Assembly (NCBI RefSeq): GCF_006345805.1
Contig: NC_043002.1
Span: 89,590,001-89,654,000 of the forward strand
DNA length: 64,000 nt
Source of the DNA: Octopus sinensis
Lineage: Eukaryota
Reading direction: 5' to 3'
Shown here: positions 48,701 to 62,215 of the stretch, piece after piece
Position numbering within the stretch: the first letter of the stretch is position 1
Layout of the letters: the number at the start of each line of letters is the position of its first letter
Program-made: the position numbers and the translations under genes
The notes under the pieces: model-generated
What the model saw: the letters and a program-made list of their open reading frames with translations, nothing else
Told to the model about the DNA's origin: nothing
Databases searched by the model: none

Positions 48701-48962
48701 TACATTCCCCTCTTTTACGCGGCATTAGGAAGACTTAAGATGCTTCTTTCTTTTACTCGGTATTTGGCAAAAGTACATCACTGCCTTATTTCCTTATCAC
48801 TGTCAGTGAGAGAAGATGTGCCTCCCGCTCTCTACTCATGGTTGTCACTCATCTCTCACCCTTTCTACTCTGCAATATACAAAGAAGTAAATTCTCTCAC
48901 TCTCTCTCCTTTTTCTTTTGGCCACATAGCAGTAGAAAACAAATGACCACAGCAACCTAGAC

Positions 48963-49200
48963 CAGTGCTCCGCAACCGGTATGCCGCGACACACTGGTGT
49001 GTCATGAGACGTTGCTAGGTGTGACGCAGTGTAACCCGAATATGATTTTCCCCCCTATACTTTTAGTTATATTTTTAGTTCAGATGTGCTGCCGAATTTT
49101 GAAAAGAATATAAGTGTACCGCATGATCTAGACGAATGACAACGGAATTTCTACAAGTCTTTATACAATAACTACTCGAAGCAGTTGGTTTATTTTGTAA
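48963..49200 (+). mobile_element. Probable hAT element terminus
   Basis: CAGTGCTCCGCAACC preceded by ACCTAGAC (NNNTANNN target pattern); other end not found. Confidence 0.45.
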
Positions 49201-50854
49201 CGGTAAATAAAAGTCATTTTAACTATTTTCTATTTCTTGTCATTTATACCAACCTCCAATGCATCTATCATACAGCAACCATTGCATTCCCGTGATTTCG
49301 CGAAAAACGAACTGCACAGCCTTGTTACGACTAGAGATGTGAATCGAGCACACGTCACTTCTAACCAATATACAAAACCGTTATCCAGGTCATCAGAAGG
49401 ATTTGATTATTACGTAAGTATATATCTCAATTTGCAGGGTAAACAGCTTCATTTACTGTGAAGAGGTTATAGATACGATCTCATCTTTTAGTATAGCTTG
49501 GAATTAACCAAAGTCTTGTAAATGAAATTTGGCATGTAGAAAAAGAGTGAAAAACCGCTAGTGGGATCGTTCCTGTTTTTAAGTGGTAGGCTTTATCTGT
49601 AGTACTGATTAATATCCACTTCCGGTGCATTTTGCAGAGTCGCTTAGGCAAATTGCAAGCATTGAAGATAGGTCCGAGGATAACTTTTCATCATTATGAA
49701 GTCTCTAAAAGGGGTCATGAATGCTACCTTGCTTCTCTGACTATGCCATTGAAAATTAGGAAATACCCTCTCCAAAAAACAACAACATCGACGACAACAA
49801 CACACAATAAAACACTGTTTAATTATTTTTCCATATTGTCAGCCGATATACCTCGATATTGAACAGTAATTCAAAGGGATGATTTTGGCAGTTTCATGTG
49901 CACTCGGCATATAAAATACTTCGGTATCTTTGTTGCTGTCACTCAGAGGTCCACTGACAACATAGCCATGAATAACACTCTGTTAGACTTGCAATAAACA
50001 CTGCTGATAAAATTAAAGTTTCTCTATTATTATGTATCTGGAGTGTTTTTACAATTTTCTTGGAAACTTTGTTGTTTAATTTAACTAAACCAGTATCTGG
50101 TCGAATCAATGTTTTTGTAGTGATTTGAACTCTAACCGCTTGATACCCGGCGAGGCATCACGAGTGAGCCACCATAGATTCATGTGATTGATCAATTACT
50201 CTACCAATCAGCGTGAAGCTGTGGCGGGATATGGCTTCTCTGATGTTCTAAAATTTAACCCCTTTTTACTTTATAAAAACCGTTTGGCGCCTAACTCATT
50301 ACAGAATGTCGACTGATTCACCTCATCTCTTGGCAGGCAGACGACCTCCGGCATTCACGCTGACGGCTTTGCACTGCCACACAGACATCTTCGGGTTCTA
50401 GGACGGATCGATTCTGAACATTTGCACGATGACCTATAGGTTGTTTTCTACGGACACGGTGGTATTCTCTCTTCCTAGTTGGTAATTGTTTTATTAACAT
50501 TTTTCACAAAATATCATGTCCAACAGTAAATATCAAAGTTAAATGTTTGCGAGTTTGCTTCAGTCATTATTCACGCAATCAACAATACACTCCACATAGT
50601 TTTAGTTCAGTACACCACAACAATGGTGATAGAGCCATAAAACCGTTCATTGCGTCAATAGCGACTCAGACGTTTAAAATATATCATCCTTAACCAGCTC
50701 GACATGCGCGACCAATCACCACCACATTTCTTAAGCTCGGAAATCACAAATCAGTTACCCTTTTTTAAAGTTCTGTAATTATTTGTCTTCCTTGTTGAGT
50801 TTTGTCTCCAAATAGTTTCACAACTAAATGGTCGGATGCTGTTATTTGAAAGTA

Positions 50855-51440
50855 TTAGTGATATATTATCTGTTATCTTTTACTTGTTTCAGTCTTTAGA
50901 CTGTGGCCATGCTGGGGCACCACTTTGAATTTTTAGTTGGATGAATCGATCCTAGTACTTACATTTTATTAAGCCTGGTACTTATTCTGTCGGTCTCTTT
51001 TACCGAACAGCTGTGTTACGGAAACATAAACGCACCAACACCAGTTGTCAGACGATACTGGGGGACAAACACAGACGTAAAGACACACACACACACACAC
51101 ACTGATATACATAAACTTCTTATCACTTAGCCACACCTATACATAATTACACACACACATCTATCTATCTATCTATCTATCTGTCTGTCTGTCTGTCTGT
51201 TTGTCTGCATACATACTTATTTCTTTATTACCCACAAGGGGCTAAACACAGAGGGGACAAACAAGGACAGACATAGGTATTAAGTCGATTACATCGACCC
51301 CAGTGCGTAACTGGTACTTAATTTATCGACTCCGAAAGGATGAAAAGCAAAGTCGACCTCGGCGGAATTTGAACTCACAACGTAACGCAGACGAAATACA
51401 GCTACGCATTTCGCCTGGCGTGCTAACGATTCTGCCAATA
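50855..51440 (-). mobile_element. SINE A 3' half (50855-51110) and SINE C (51212-51440)
   Basis: rc tail GTGGTGCCCCAGCATGGCCACAGTCTAAAGACTGAAACAAGTA; SINE C body with tail GTGGGTAATAAAGAAATA. Confidence 0.85.
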
Positions 51441-52107
51441 CTAAAGATATTTACGCACGTAGCCACACAAATTCAACACGTAAAGTGATTGGTAACATTA
51501 ACAGTGATAAGTAGTGAGAGGCAGGGCATCGTTTCTTAATTCTTTAACTGGAACTTAACGTTCTAATATGCTTTAATGTTTCCTGCTACACCCACCCACC
51601 CAACTCTTCCTCGCCGCCGCCACCGCCGCCACGACGACGACGACGACGACAACTAGGACCGCCAGAATCTCCATTATGTACCAATCACTGATTAAAACGA
51701 AGTGTCTGTTAGCTGTAAACTGCAAGTTTTGCTGTATACGAGAGAAGAGGTTTCCCCATTTTCGTTAATTTGGCTTGATGCTAACTATCTATCCGAGTAA
51801 CTTGTAATTATATTTGAACTTCGGTTGTTTGAATGAAGTATAAGTATCGACGGATCTATAATGGAAAAGCTGCCACAATATTTCTGCTCGTTCCTCCTTC
51901 TTAGATGTTCCATTAAATCCAACTGAAAACCTACACCTAATAAATAAATACGGCTTTCATTTGCCTGCACCGGCAATTTCAAAACTGCATACTCATTCAT
52001 ATATGTGTATATTTGTATTGATACGTACATATATATGCATAAATGTAAATGTATATAAAAACAGTTGTATATACATAAATGTATACATACATACATACAT
52101 ACGTGCG

Positions 52108-52142
<35 letters not shown>

Positions 52143-52374
52143 GTATGTATGTATATATACATCTCTCTCTCTCTCTCTCTCTCTGCACACACACACACAC
52201 ATATATACACGTGCAAACATCCAATCATAGATACATGCATACCTAAATACCTATCTATGTATCTGCGTGCTTTCCTACTCACGTATCCTCTGATATACAT
52301 ACACACACAGACACAGACACACACACGCACACATACCAGCGTAGTTACATAAATATATACACGCCTATCTTCAA

Positions 52375-52685
52375 ACCTACCTGCCTGCTTGCCTTCTTAC
52401 CTACCTATCTACCTGCCTGCCTGCCTGCCTACCTACCTGCCTACCTACCTCTCTACATACATACATACATACATACATACATACATACCTCCTTACGTAC
52501 ATGCATACACACCTGCATACATACATATCTGTATACCTACATACACTTATCTACATACGTACATACATACATAAATACCTATCTACCTACATACATATCT
52601 AACTACCTATTTACCTACATAGATACATGAATACATTCATGTATACACACATGTATACATGCATACATGTATGCATGCAAAATAC
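52375..52685. repeat. Compound (CCTA)n/(CCTG)n/(TACA)n tetranucleotide tract
   Basis: Direct inspection. Confidence 0.9.
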
Positions 52686-52999
52686 ATACCAGCAAACCCC
52701 AGAAACTGCTGATCATTACAGAAAACTTTAACATCAATGGAGATATAGAGAGAGCATTCTTTCCACGCAAGTAGGGAGAACGGGACCTTAAAATGTTGTA
52801 ATACAATACGAGGCTCGAATTGAAATCATGAAATAACATCTTCAGGAGAGCAAAAAGCTTCAGGAGCATCTGGTTTAAGTTTACAAACATCAAACGAAGA
52901 TGATATCGTAACGATGGATAACGAACTTCAGAAGAGTCCGTGGTAAACATCGTTACATGTCTCTCACCTACGAACATTTTAAAGTTCTACATCTAATAC

Positions 53000-53119
53000 G
53001 TGACTTACGGTAAGAAGATTGCATCCCAACCACGTTTCTGGATTCAGTATCACTGCGTGGGCAAGAGTATTCTACTATAGCTCCCGCCGCCAAAGCCTTG
53101 AGTGAACTAGGAAGCCCGC

Positions 53120-53154
<35 letters not shown>

Positions 53155-54680
53155 CTATGTATGTATGTATGTATGTGTGTATATGTGTGTTTATATCTAT
53201 GTGTGTGTGTGTCGTTGTCTCTGCCCCCCCCTCACCGCTTGATAACCGATGCTGGTTTTTTTATGGCCCCGTAACTTAGCTGTAGACCGATTGAATAAAT
53301 GACAAACTTAAACTAAGTACTGGGTTGATTTGTTCAACTAAAACTCTTCAAGGCGGTGCTTCAGCATGGCCGCAGTCCATGAAGCAAGTAAACGATAAAA
53401 AATAAATGATAACATAACAACAAAATAAAAAGAAGAAAAAAAACCTATTCAGAAAGAAAGTTGGTCATTGGTTGTTGAAAAAAAAAAAAACAGAATAAAG
53501 GAAGTTTTTTTTTCTACCAAAGTTGACCTCGGCGGGATTTGAAAAGAGAACGTAAAGTGTCGGAACAAATGCTACTAAGCATTTTGTCCGACTCGCTAAC
53601 TATTCTATCGGTTCACTGCCTTGATAAACTTATAAATAATAGAATGTAAATATTGGGTTAAAATACCTTTTGAACAGAAAAAGTCAAAGCTACCCGTAGA
53701 ACTCATCTTCTGTATTCATGAAAGACGTTCAACCGTTGGACCAAAATATTACTTCGAAATTCCCAATCCATTTTAGAAGCTTTGTTCTTACCTGCAAGAA
53801 TTGTATATTTAGAATATTTCATCCTGAAGTTTAGATTTTACCTCAGTATTTTACATTAAACAAGGTGTCGAGCTGGCATAATCATTTGCAGGCTTAACTG
53901 CATTTCGTCCGTCTTTACGTTCTGAGTTCAAATACCACCGAGGTCAACTTTGCTTTTCATCCTTTCGTGGTCGATAAAATAGATATCAGTTGAGGACTGG
54001 GGTTGATGTAATCGACTTGCGCCCTTCCAACGAACTCGTTGGCCTTGTACCAAAATTTGGAACAAATATTTTACATTAGATTCAAGAACAAGCTATCCCA
54101 CCAAATACTTTTGTGAATAAGACGTAAAACCTTCCAACTGATAATAAATATCGATTATGCAAAATCAAAACTGAAGAAATTTTACTAGATCATTTCCAGC
54201 TTTGAGAGAATGTCCTCGAGGTACTGGGTTCTCTAGGATGTGGTAGTTAATGCAATATGGAATAAAACAAAAAAGAAAGAATAACACGGCTGTGTGTGGT
54301 TAAGAAGCTGTCTTTGCAACCACGTGGTTTCGGGTTCAGTTGCGCAACTGAATTTGGTGGACTGATAGTGTGTGGAATCCCGAAGTACACACACACACAC
54401 ACGCACTCACGCACGCACGCACGCACGCACACATGCACGCACGCACACGCACACGCACATGTGATATGTGTGTGTTTGTGTTTGTCTTCCTCATTGCTTG
54501 ACAACTGGTGTTGGCTTGTTTACATCCCTGTAACTTAAAAGCCCGGAAAAAGGGAACGGTAGAATGAGTACCAGACTTAGAAATAAAACAAATAATGAGA
54601 TCGATTTTTTTCGACTTAAACCCTTCATGGTGGTGATCCAGCATGGTCACAGTGCAGTGATTGAAACAAGTGAGGGATAG
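53000..54680. mobile_element. SINE cluster: A + (53000-53400), C - (53510-53625), C + (53865-54068), A + (54285-54680)
   Basis: Family-diagnostic bodies and tails. Confidence 0.78.
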
Positions 54681-54901
54681 AAAAATACCCACCAAAATAT
54701 GAATGTATTGAGACCAATGGATCAAGAGAATATTGGTAGAACCAAGGACAATAAACTACATCAAGTGGAATTGATATTCTTATCTGGGATCCCTAAATAT
54801 GTATAATGCTGTGCAATGGACGTCAGTAGTCATATACGAGATGGCGAAGAATATATCTAAGGATCACTGACAACGAGTTTACAAATCGATTACATAAAAT
54901 G

Positions 54902-55232
54902 GATGGAAGCACTCCGTCGGTTACGACGACGAGGGTTCCGGTTGATCAGAATCAACGGAACAGCCCGCTCGTGAAATTAACGTGTAAGTGGCTGAGCACT
55001 CCACAGACACGTGCACCCCTAACGTAGTTCTCGGGGACATTCAGCGTGACACAGAGAGTGACAAGGCCGGCCCTTTGAAATACAGGTACAACAGAAACAG
55101 GAAGTAAGAGTGAGAGAAAGTTGTGGTGAAATAGTACAGCAGGGATCACCACCATCCCCTGCCGGAGCCTCGGGGAGCTTTTAGGTGTTTTCGCTCAATA
55201 AACACTCACAACGCCCGGTCTGGGAATCGAAA
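54902..55232 (-). mobile_element. SINE family B with alternative tail
   Basis: rc head TTTCGATTCCCAGACCGGGCGTTGTGAGTG; tail GTCGTCGTAACCGACGGAGTGCTTCCATCCAT. Confidence 0.85.
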
Positions 55233-55289
55233 TACATAAAATACTCGTTTAGGTTTATAGTAATCATTTTCGGAGTAACAACGATTGTT

Positions 55290-56405
55290 GACAGAATCGA
55301 CAGAATGACGAATGGAAAGTTATCTGGCATTTAATTCCGTCTCTTTCTTTACCTCTGAGCTCAAATCCCGCCAAGGTTAACTTTGTTTTTCATGGATCCC
55401 GGGCCGCAACCTACATAAAACAAACACCCTAATTTATGCGCCGAGAAGATTCTCATATGTGGAATACACTAAAATCTACAAGATGTTATAATTTAATGTG
55501 CGAAGGCGTGGGATCTGATATTTCGGGTGTTGTACTCAGTAACATGGTTGCGATTCATAGACCGGGCGGTGTGTTTTGTTCTTGAGTAAAACACTTAATT
55601 TCACGTTGCTCCAGTACACCCAGCAGTAGATTAGTAATCCTGTGACGTCTGGCGTCCCATTTAAGAGTGAGGTGGGGTGGGTGGGGAAGATGTTGTGATT
55701 TCGGCCACTTAGACGCTAAGATTCAGGACAGTAATGTCCAAAAGGACTTGACTTTTACGATAATTCAAATGGTTGTATAAACAAGACAGAGTGAATAAGA
55801 CTCTCGTTTGTTGTCTCATCTTTACAACCTTGTCACTAGGCAGAGATGGGACTGCTTCAAGCAAATAACAAAACTAATGATTAAAACATATAGATGCATG
55901 CATTCGTATATACACGTACATATACATGTGGGCACTACGTGCAGTCTCATAATTACGAGTGATAAAGCAAGGATTAAGGCCTGGAGCCGACTGGATTCCA
56001 GAAGGCAATCAATTTCTGTCACTTTTCGTTATTATCTTCAACAATTGTATTAATATCACGTAGCGTTATCCAAGCTATCGTTAAAGAAATTATGACCATG
56101 TACCTAATTAAGAAATGATTCTAAGTGGCAACTGACTTCGGAAACGTAAATTCCCGCTGTATATATATAATTAATTTATAACTACAGTTAAGGCGGCAAG
56201 CTAACAGGGTCGGTACCGCGCCGTACTAAATGCATATCGATATTTTCCGGCTCTCTACGTTCTGAGTTTATATGTCACTGAAGTTAACTTTGCCTTTCAT
56301 CCCTAAAAGGCCGATAAAATAAGTACTAATTTAGCAGTGGTGGCGATGTAATCGACTTCCCCTCCTCTCAAAATTGCCGTCCAGGTGCCAAAGTTTGAAA
56401 ATTTT
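55290..56405 (+). mobile_element. Degenerate SINE copies (C at 55290-55400 and 56188-56405; tRNA-type head at 55497-55625)
   Basis: Partial family bodies. Confidence 0.6.
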
Positions 56406-56529
56406 TTTAACTACTTTGAAAACGTGCTCTGTGGAGACGGGCATGTCAAAGAATAGACCCAACGTTTTCTTTGAAGTAGGATTTGCACTCCGGCCTCGAA
56501 AAACTCTCATCAGCAACGACTATCTAAAC

Positions 56530-59060
56530 CAGTGGTTCTCAAACTTTAAAAAATGTTTTAAGTGCCGGTCCCATTACAATTTTTTCGATGATTCACGGTC
56601 CCCTATAAAATGCAGGATAATTAACATGGAAAAAAAATATGACATACATTCGTATTTTCCGGACTATGAACCGCACTGCCCATAAACCCGCAACCCCGAA
56701 AACCACAACTTAATCTACGCAATAGTCCATTTGAGTACAATAAATGCATATGACAATATGGGGAATCAACTGATCAATTAGTTACAAAACAAATGAGAAA
56801 CGAAAACAGTCCGAAAATATCCCGAGCATCCTGTATTAACAACTGCTTAAGACCTATTTATACCCATATGGAAGAAAGAAACCGCAGGTCATACACCTAA
56901 AATTACTGTGGTTCTCGAGCTTTTGGCATCACCCATCCCTTTTGCCATGTTCGGGAGTGCTCTTCCTCCCCATTGGCAGGTCATTCCTCATATTGATGTC
57001 CATGAGGTGCCTTTCAACCAATTTAGATATTTTTAGCAGAAGAATTGTAATAGCATTTCTGCCAGTTGGCCACTAGTATGCACGGAAACCACAATTTTAG
57101 TAAAAACACCGTCTTCTCCTCCTCACCCAAATCCCCCTTTTCCTGAATCCCTGACACATAACATGACATTAAAAACAAAACTACATAAGAAATTATTTAT
57201 TCACAAAAGCAGAACATCTATCTATAGCAAAGTTCAGTGTGACGGATGTACCTGCTTTGCAAGTATCCAGCTCTTCTATTTTCGGCTCTGTTTTCGAGAG
57301 AGAAACCCTCATTTTTGGTGTGACAACAAGTCGATTTCGTGACTTCATTTTGATGGCAAGGAGGGTGGAAAACGCATCTCACACTCATAGGTGGATGGAA
57401 ATGGCATCAGTACTTTAAGAGCCATCTTTGCGACATCAGGATATGACCGTGCCATTTCAATCCCAAAGTCAGAACAGTACATTTTACGGAAAAAAAAAAT
57501 TGCACCTCCATTATCGACCAAATCAATGAACTGCTCTTGAATTAAATTGTCTTCTGTAGGCAGATCGCTAACAGAGAGTACAAAGGGGTTCCTGATAAAA
57601 CGGCTGTATTTGTCAAAGTTATGAAGATCAGAAAAATAAAAAGATATTTCTCTGCCAGGTATTGACACGTATTGCTTCATAAGTTCAACGATATCATCAT
57701 CGACTTGAAGCTCGTTTACATCAATAAACAAGTTTAGTAGAGGAAATGATGCAAAGTTCTTTCTATCCAGCTTTGAGTGCCACAGTTCAAGCTTCATTTT
57801 GAAAGCAGTTAGTTTTTCATGAGAATGAAGCATGGTTATATCTTTCCCTTGCAGTGAAAGATTGACGGTATTCACTAACTCGAATATGTCCACCAAAAAT
57901 GCCAAGCAGATCAGAAAACGAACATCGGAGAAGTTGGCTTGCAAATTGGGCTTGGCATCTCGTAAGAAATCATGGACTTCTTTTCATAGAAGGAAGACCC
58001 TCTTTATCGTTTTTTCTGTTGAAAGCCATCTCACTTGTGAGTGAAGCAAGCATTTCGAATTCAGTATCATTTTCTTTACAAAACTCGACAAACAGACGGA
58101 AGTTGAGTGCGTTCTCTTTGATGAAGTTCGCCATTGTAATCATGTAATTCAGAAGATTTTTTCAACTCATCAGGTATGGTTTACACCATTAGTGCTTGTC
58201 GATGAATTGTACAGTGTATACCGATAGCACCTGGGGACTTTTCTTTCATCAAAGTCTGAGAGCCAGTACGGCAACCAAGCATCGCCAGAGCGCCGTCTCT
58301 TCACACGCCAATGGCATGCTACCAGTTGATATCATGCGCCTCAAAAAATTTGTTCACGTGGTAAAATATTTCCCTTGCATTTGTTTTGGTGCTGAGGATT
58401 TCGCAAAACAGGAATTCACCTTCCAGATGATTGTTATGTACATAAATGTACATAAACACAAAGTTGGGCTAAGTTTCAACAAGCTGGATAACGAAAAAGT
58501 TAAAAGGCGAATTGTGAATCTTCGTGACAACTTGCAACAGAATGTTATCAGACAGATTAGTTATTCGCCAACTAACAACATCGTTTGAGAGAAAGAGAGA
58601 CATGCTTCAGCTTCTGAAGCTCAGAACTTCCCAGCATATTCAATATGATATCTTTGCAGCAAGGCAGTATCAACTGATACTGTTGGGCATTTTGGCAACA
58701 GCTATTTTCCTTGAACTCTTGTAGGATGCTTTCAAACCAGCCGCAATGTCCAGCAAAAACATTCCTGTGTGATCAAGTCTGGATTTCGTCAATCTGTCGG
58801 TTTCGCGTCTGAAGAAGTCGACGTCTCTATATATTGAACTGGGATACCGCGCTTCGAAGTGCCCCCTTTAACTTACTGGTTTTTAGTGAAGTAGACGCCA
58901 GAACCTCGTAGCTCAAAACACACTGTGGTTTCTTTTTTCCGCCAGACTTTATCACAGTAAAACCGAAATTTAAATAAGATTCGTCATATCTCATTTTCTT
59001 CTTTGGAGGTATTATAAAAAAAAAAAAGAAGATAAAATTCAGTAAACCAATTTAAGGTAA
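56530..59060 (-). mobile_element. Decayed Buster/Charlie-type hAT transposon; transposase pseudogene ~57234-59010
   Basis: TIR CAGTGGTTCTCAAACTT after ATCTAAAC (NNNTANNN); N-terminus YDESYLNFGFT..KPQCV; ORF 57345..57944 LAFLVDIF..NLSLQG..LMPFPSTYECE; ends KQVHPSH*; second TIR not found. Confidence 0.9.
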
Positions 59061-59217
59061 CTACAGTGTAAATTTATTTCGCATTTATCATATCCTACGG
59101 GTGTGAATTTATGCCTTATTGTAACCAGATTTTGTGTGTACTAATATGCAATAAAATTTACCTCTCACTATTAATTGTGGAAGAAAACTAAAGTGTATGT
59201 GAGCGTTGTTTTGTCCT

Positions 59218-59455
59218 CGGCAGACGAAATACCTATTTCTTTACTACCCACAAGGGGCTAAACACAGAGTGGACAAACAAGGACAGACAAAGGGATTAAG
59301 TCGATTACATCGACCCCAGTGCGTAACTGGTACTTAATTTATCGACCCCGAATGGATGAAAGGCAAAGTCGACCTCGGCGGAATTTGAACTCAGAACGTT
59401 GCGGCAGACGAAATACGGCTACACATTTCGCCCGGCGTGCTAACGTTTCTGGCAG
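59218..59455 (-). mobile_element. SINE family C with terminal redundancy
   Basis: rc ends AAAGAAATAG-GTATTTCGTCTGCCG, repeating an internal 15-mer. Confidence 0.85.
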
Positions 59456-60512
59456 TGTTTAAAAAATTTTACTCTATCAGTCTTTCTGGAGAGAAAAGTT
59501 GGCTGCTATTTTTTAGCTGAGTGGCCTTGTAGAAGCTCTATTGTTGGTTCTTAATGTATAGCAGTGATGTTTGTTGTCGTTATTTTAAGTCAGCCATACT
59601 GAAGTGACGTATCAAAGACATTCCAGTTGTGACTATGTAATCTTTCCTTTTCACCACTTGACAATTAATTTAGGTGTCAAAAGCATGCCAGTCAGCAATC
59701 CTGTCTGGAAGCAGGCGTACATTTTCAACAGTAAATTTGAATATAATAAATTTTGATGTTTTTATATAACGAAAATTTATAATACCTGCATAATAAGTTT
59801 TCTACTTTAGTTCCTTTTGTAAGCATACAGCTACAGCAGATTCAATATGTAGTATATTAACTTCGGAGTTTGTTGAAAGTAATATCTCTCATATCCCATA
59901 TACAGACAGTTGTTTTATATAAGGTTCACACATGTATAAAATTTCTTTTCAGAAATTGTTTTATTTTCTGATTATTTTATTTCTAGCAGAGAAAATAAAT
60001 ACAGCTCCTTCCCCAAATGAAAGAAAAATATCTGGCCATCTACGGTTAAATAGAAACCTATAGAGAGAATCAACAGAATTATCGCTTAGGAATGCTGTAC
60101 AATTGGAATCTAAAGCCCAGCACTTGAGGAAATGACACGCAACAACAACGACGTCGGTGACAGTGGCGGTGATGTATTACATGAATAATAAAATAAGGCC
60201 AGACATTCAGAGGACAAGGGACAGTTGTTTGGATAGATTACAGTAGTATATTGCTAGCTGGCACCTGTGATACATTGGTATCATATTCGTGGAAAGAAAT
60301 GACACTCAACCTTTTAACCCCAAGAAAATTTTGTATAAACTTCACTCGACCGAATACTTTACTGTTGCGTGTTAAAGCTTATGATGAAATTTATTTCAAA
60401 TCTTGTTACATAGGAACATTTGGTTGGAAAACCAAAAACCAAATTGAGCGAGAGAATACATTTGGTAAATTAGATTCAGTGCTCTTTATACACACACACA
60501 TATATATATTTA

Positions 60513-61215
60513 CTTGTTGTATAGCCCGGCGTTGCTTGGGTTTGTTGTTTAGTTGCGCTTAAAACGGCAGACTTTGATGTCGCGTTAACAAAGTTTTGAC
60601 ATAGTTTCAATCTATGAATAAAAGTATAGTGTGGCGATGCTCGAGTTTGCTCTGAATGTGCTGCAAATGTGTAATGCCGACTTCAATTGTTGGTATTCTT
60701 GGTTAATATTCCTTCTATTAACATTATGGAGAAAAAAAAATACCCGTAGATTTAAAGCAAAGTGAAGCTCAAGTTTTGAACTGCACTGAAAATATATTAA
60801 GAAGTTAACACTGCAACAGTATTCATTAAGAAAAAGTACAGGAAAATCCAAAACGTTAGTAAGAACAGTTTGTGGTTACAAAAAAACAAACAAAAAATGT
60901 TATTTTGAAGCCAAACGGGTGGGCAACATGAATCGTGGTTGTACCTGTAAAATGAATAAAATCGACTATTTTTACAACACGTATAACTAAAAAAAAAATC
61001 TGTAAAATCAAAACATACCCATTGAAGGTTCGACTTGAACATCGTAGATAGTAACAGCATGCAGATCGCGCTTTTTCTGGCTGAAATACATCGAAAAATG
61101 GCGACACAGCAGTAAAAAAATCGTAAAAAAATAGGGATTTTCATATATAAAACGCACCTTTTTGATGTAAATAAGTTTTGGTCTTAACATGGTCCGATTT
61201 GAATTTTTTCTTCTA
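60513..61215 (-). mobile_element. Non-autonomous Helitron-like element
   Basis: 3' module rc of TATAGCCCGGCGTTGCTTGGGTTTG next to (TA)n; 5' end uncertain. Confidence 0.6.
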
Positions 61216-61589
61216 TGGAAGAAAAATTACCCAAATACGACAACTTTAACACGAAATAACTTCTAAAATACGAAATTTTGTTAAAAACGTTCAGAGTAAA
61301 CCGTGTTCTACGTGAGAAATTCTACCAGTATTCTAAGTTTTAAACTGTTTAGTTGAAAAAAATCAATTAAAAAATCTGTGATTGAGATGGAATAGATCCC
61401 GATCATTTATTGACAACACACGAAATGTACAGATTGTAAACACTTTACATAGCATCGTGGCATTACATATACATTCAACATTTTAAATGTTGTTGACTAA
61501 GACAAATGCTGCAGCCGACACCAAAAAGAACCTCTGCTACAGTCGAGCAACACACAAGTTACGAAGGCGTCCATGCAGCTGCACGTAGC

Positions 61590-61700
61590 GCCGATGAACC
61601 TTTCGGTGACTTATTTCTGTGACTTTTTTCTGTAACCTTTTTTCCTGTCACTTCTTCCTGTGAGTTTTGTTCCGTGACTTTTTCTTTGATTCTCTTTAAC
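61590..61700 (-). repeat. Short (GGAAAAAAGTCACA)-like tandem motif, possibly a DNA transposon subterminal repeat
   Basis: Five degenerate units on the minus strand. Confidence 0.45.
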
Positions 61701-61829
61701 CTTTTGAATGGGCATTGTATCAAATCTTTTATAAAGAAATCGACGGCACGATTTCGATGCCATTTCATTTAACTTATGCACATAGACGTCACTTAGAAGA
61801 TGAACATCACCTTTTCTTCTTTCCTAGAA

Positions 61830-62215
61830 TCTCTCTCTATATAAACGGCAGTTTGTCTGTGTGTGTTTCTGTGTGTCTGTTTGGTTGTACCCTCACCCTG
61901 ACCACTGCTTTCAACCGATTCTGATGAAACTTGACACACACATAGCCCAATGTCATAATTCAAAACTAACCCAGCGAAAATTTTGAAAAGTTCCCCCAGT
62001 TCTGAAAAAAATCGATAAATTCGACATGGGGTCGTGAATCAGAAACACAAACCACAGACTGTCTAGGGGACGCAACTCGACCTTTTTTTACTCTTAAAAA
62101 AAAATTTACCATAATTTTTTTTCCATTTTTTTGCTATTTTTTTGCTATAACTCTCTAAAAATGCTTTATAGTTATTTCCCTTACAAACCAGAGCAACGCC
62201 GGGCGATACTGCTAG
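61830..62215 (+). mobile_element. Non-autonomous Helitron
   Basis: A|TC start, subterminal hairpin CCAGAGCAACGCCGGG, CTAG|T end, no TSD. Confidence 0.85.

Noticed and set aside
52690-52980. Coding-like stretch (EITSSGEQKASGASGLSLQTSNEDDIVTMDNELQKSPW)
   Set aside because: Bounded by stops, with no start, splice support or family motif; origin unresolved.
53792-53823. Possible minus-strand exon ATGAAATATTCT..GCAG|GTAAG (MKYSKYTILA)
   Set aside because: Only a donor match; no supportable partner exons or homology.
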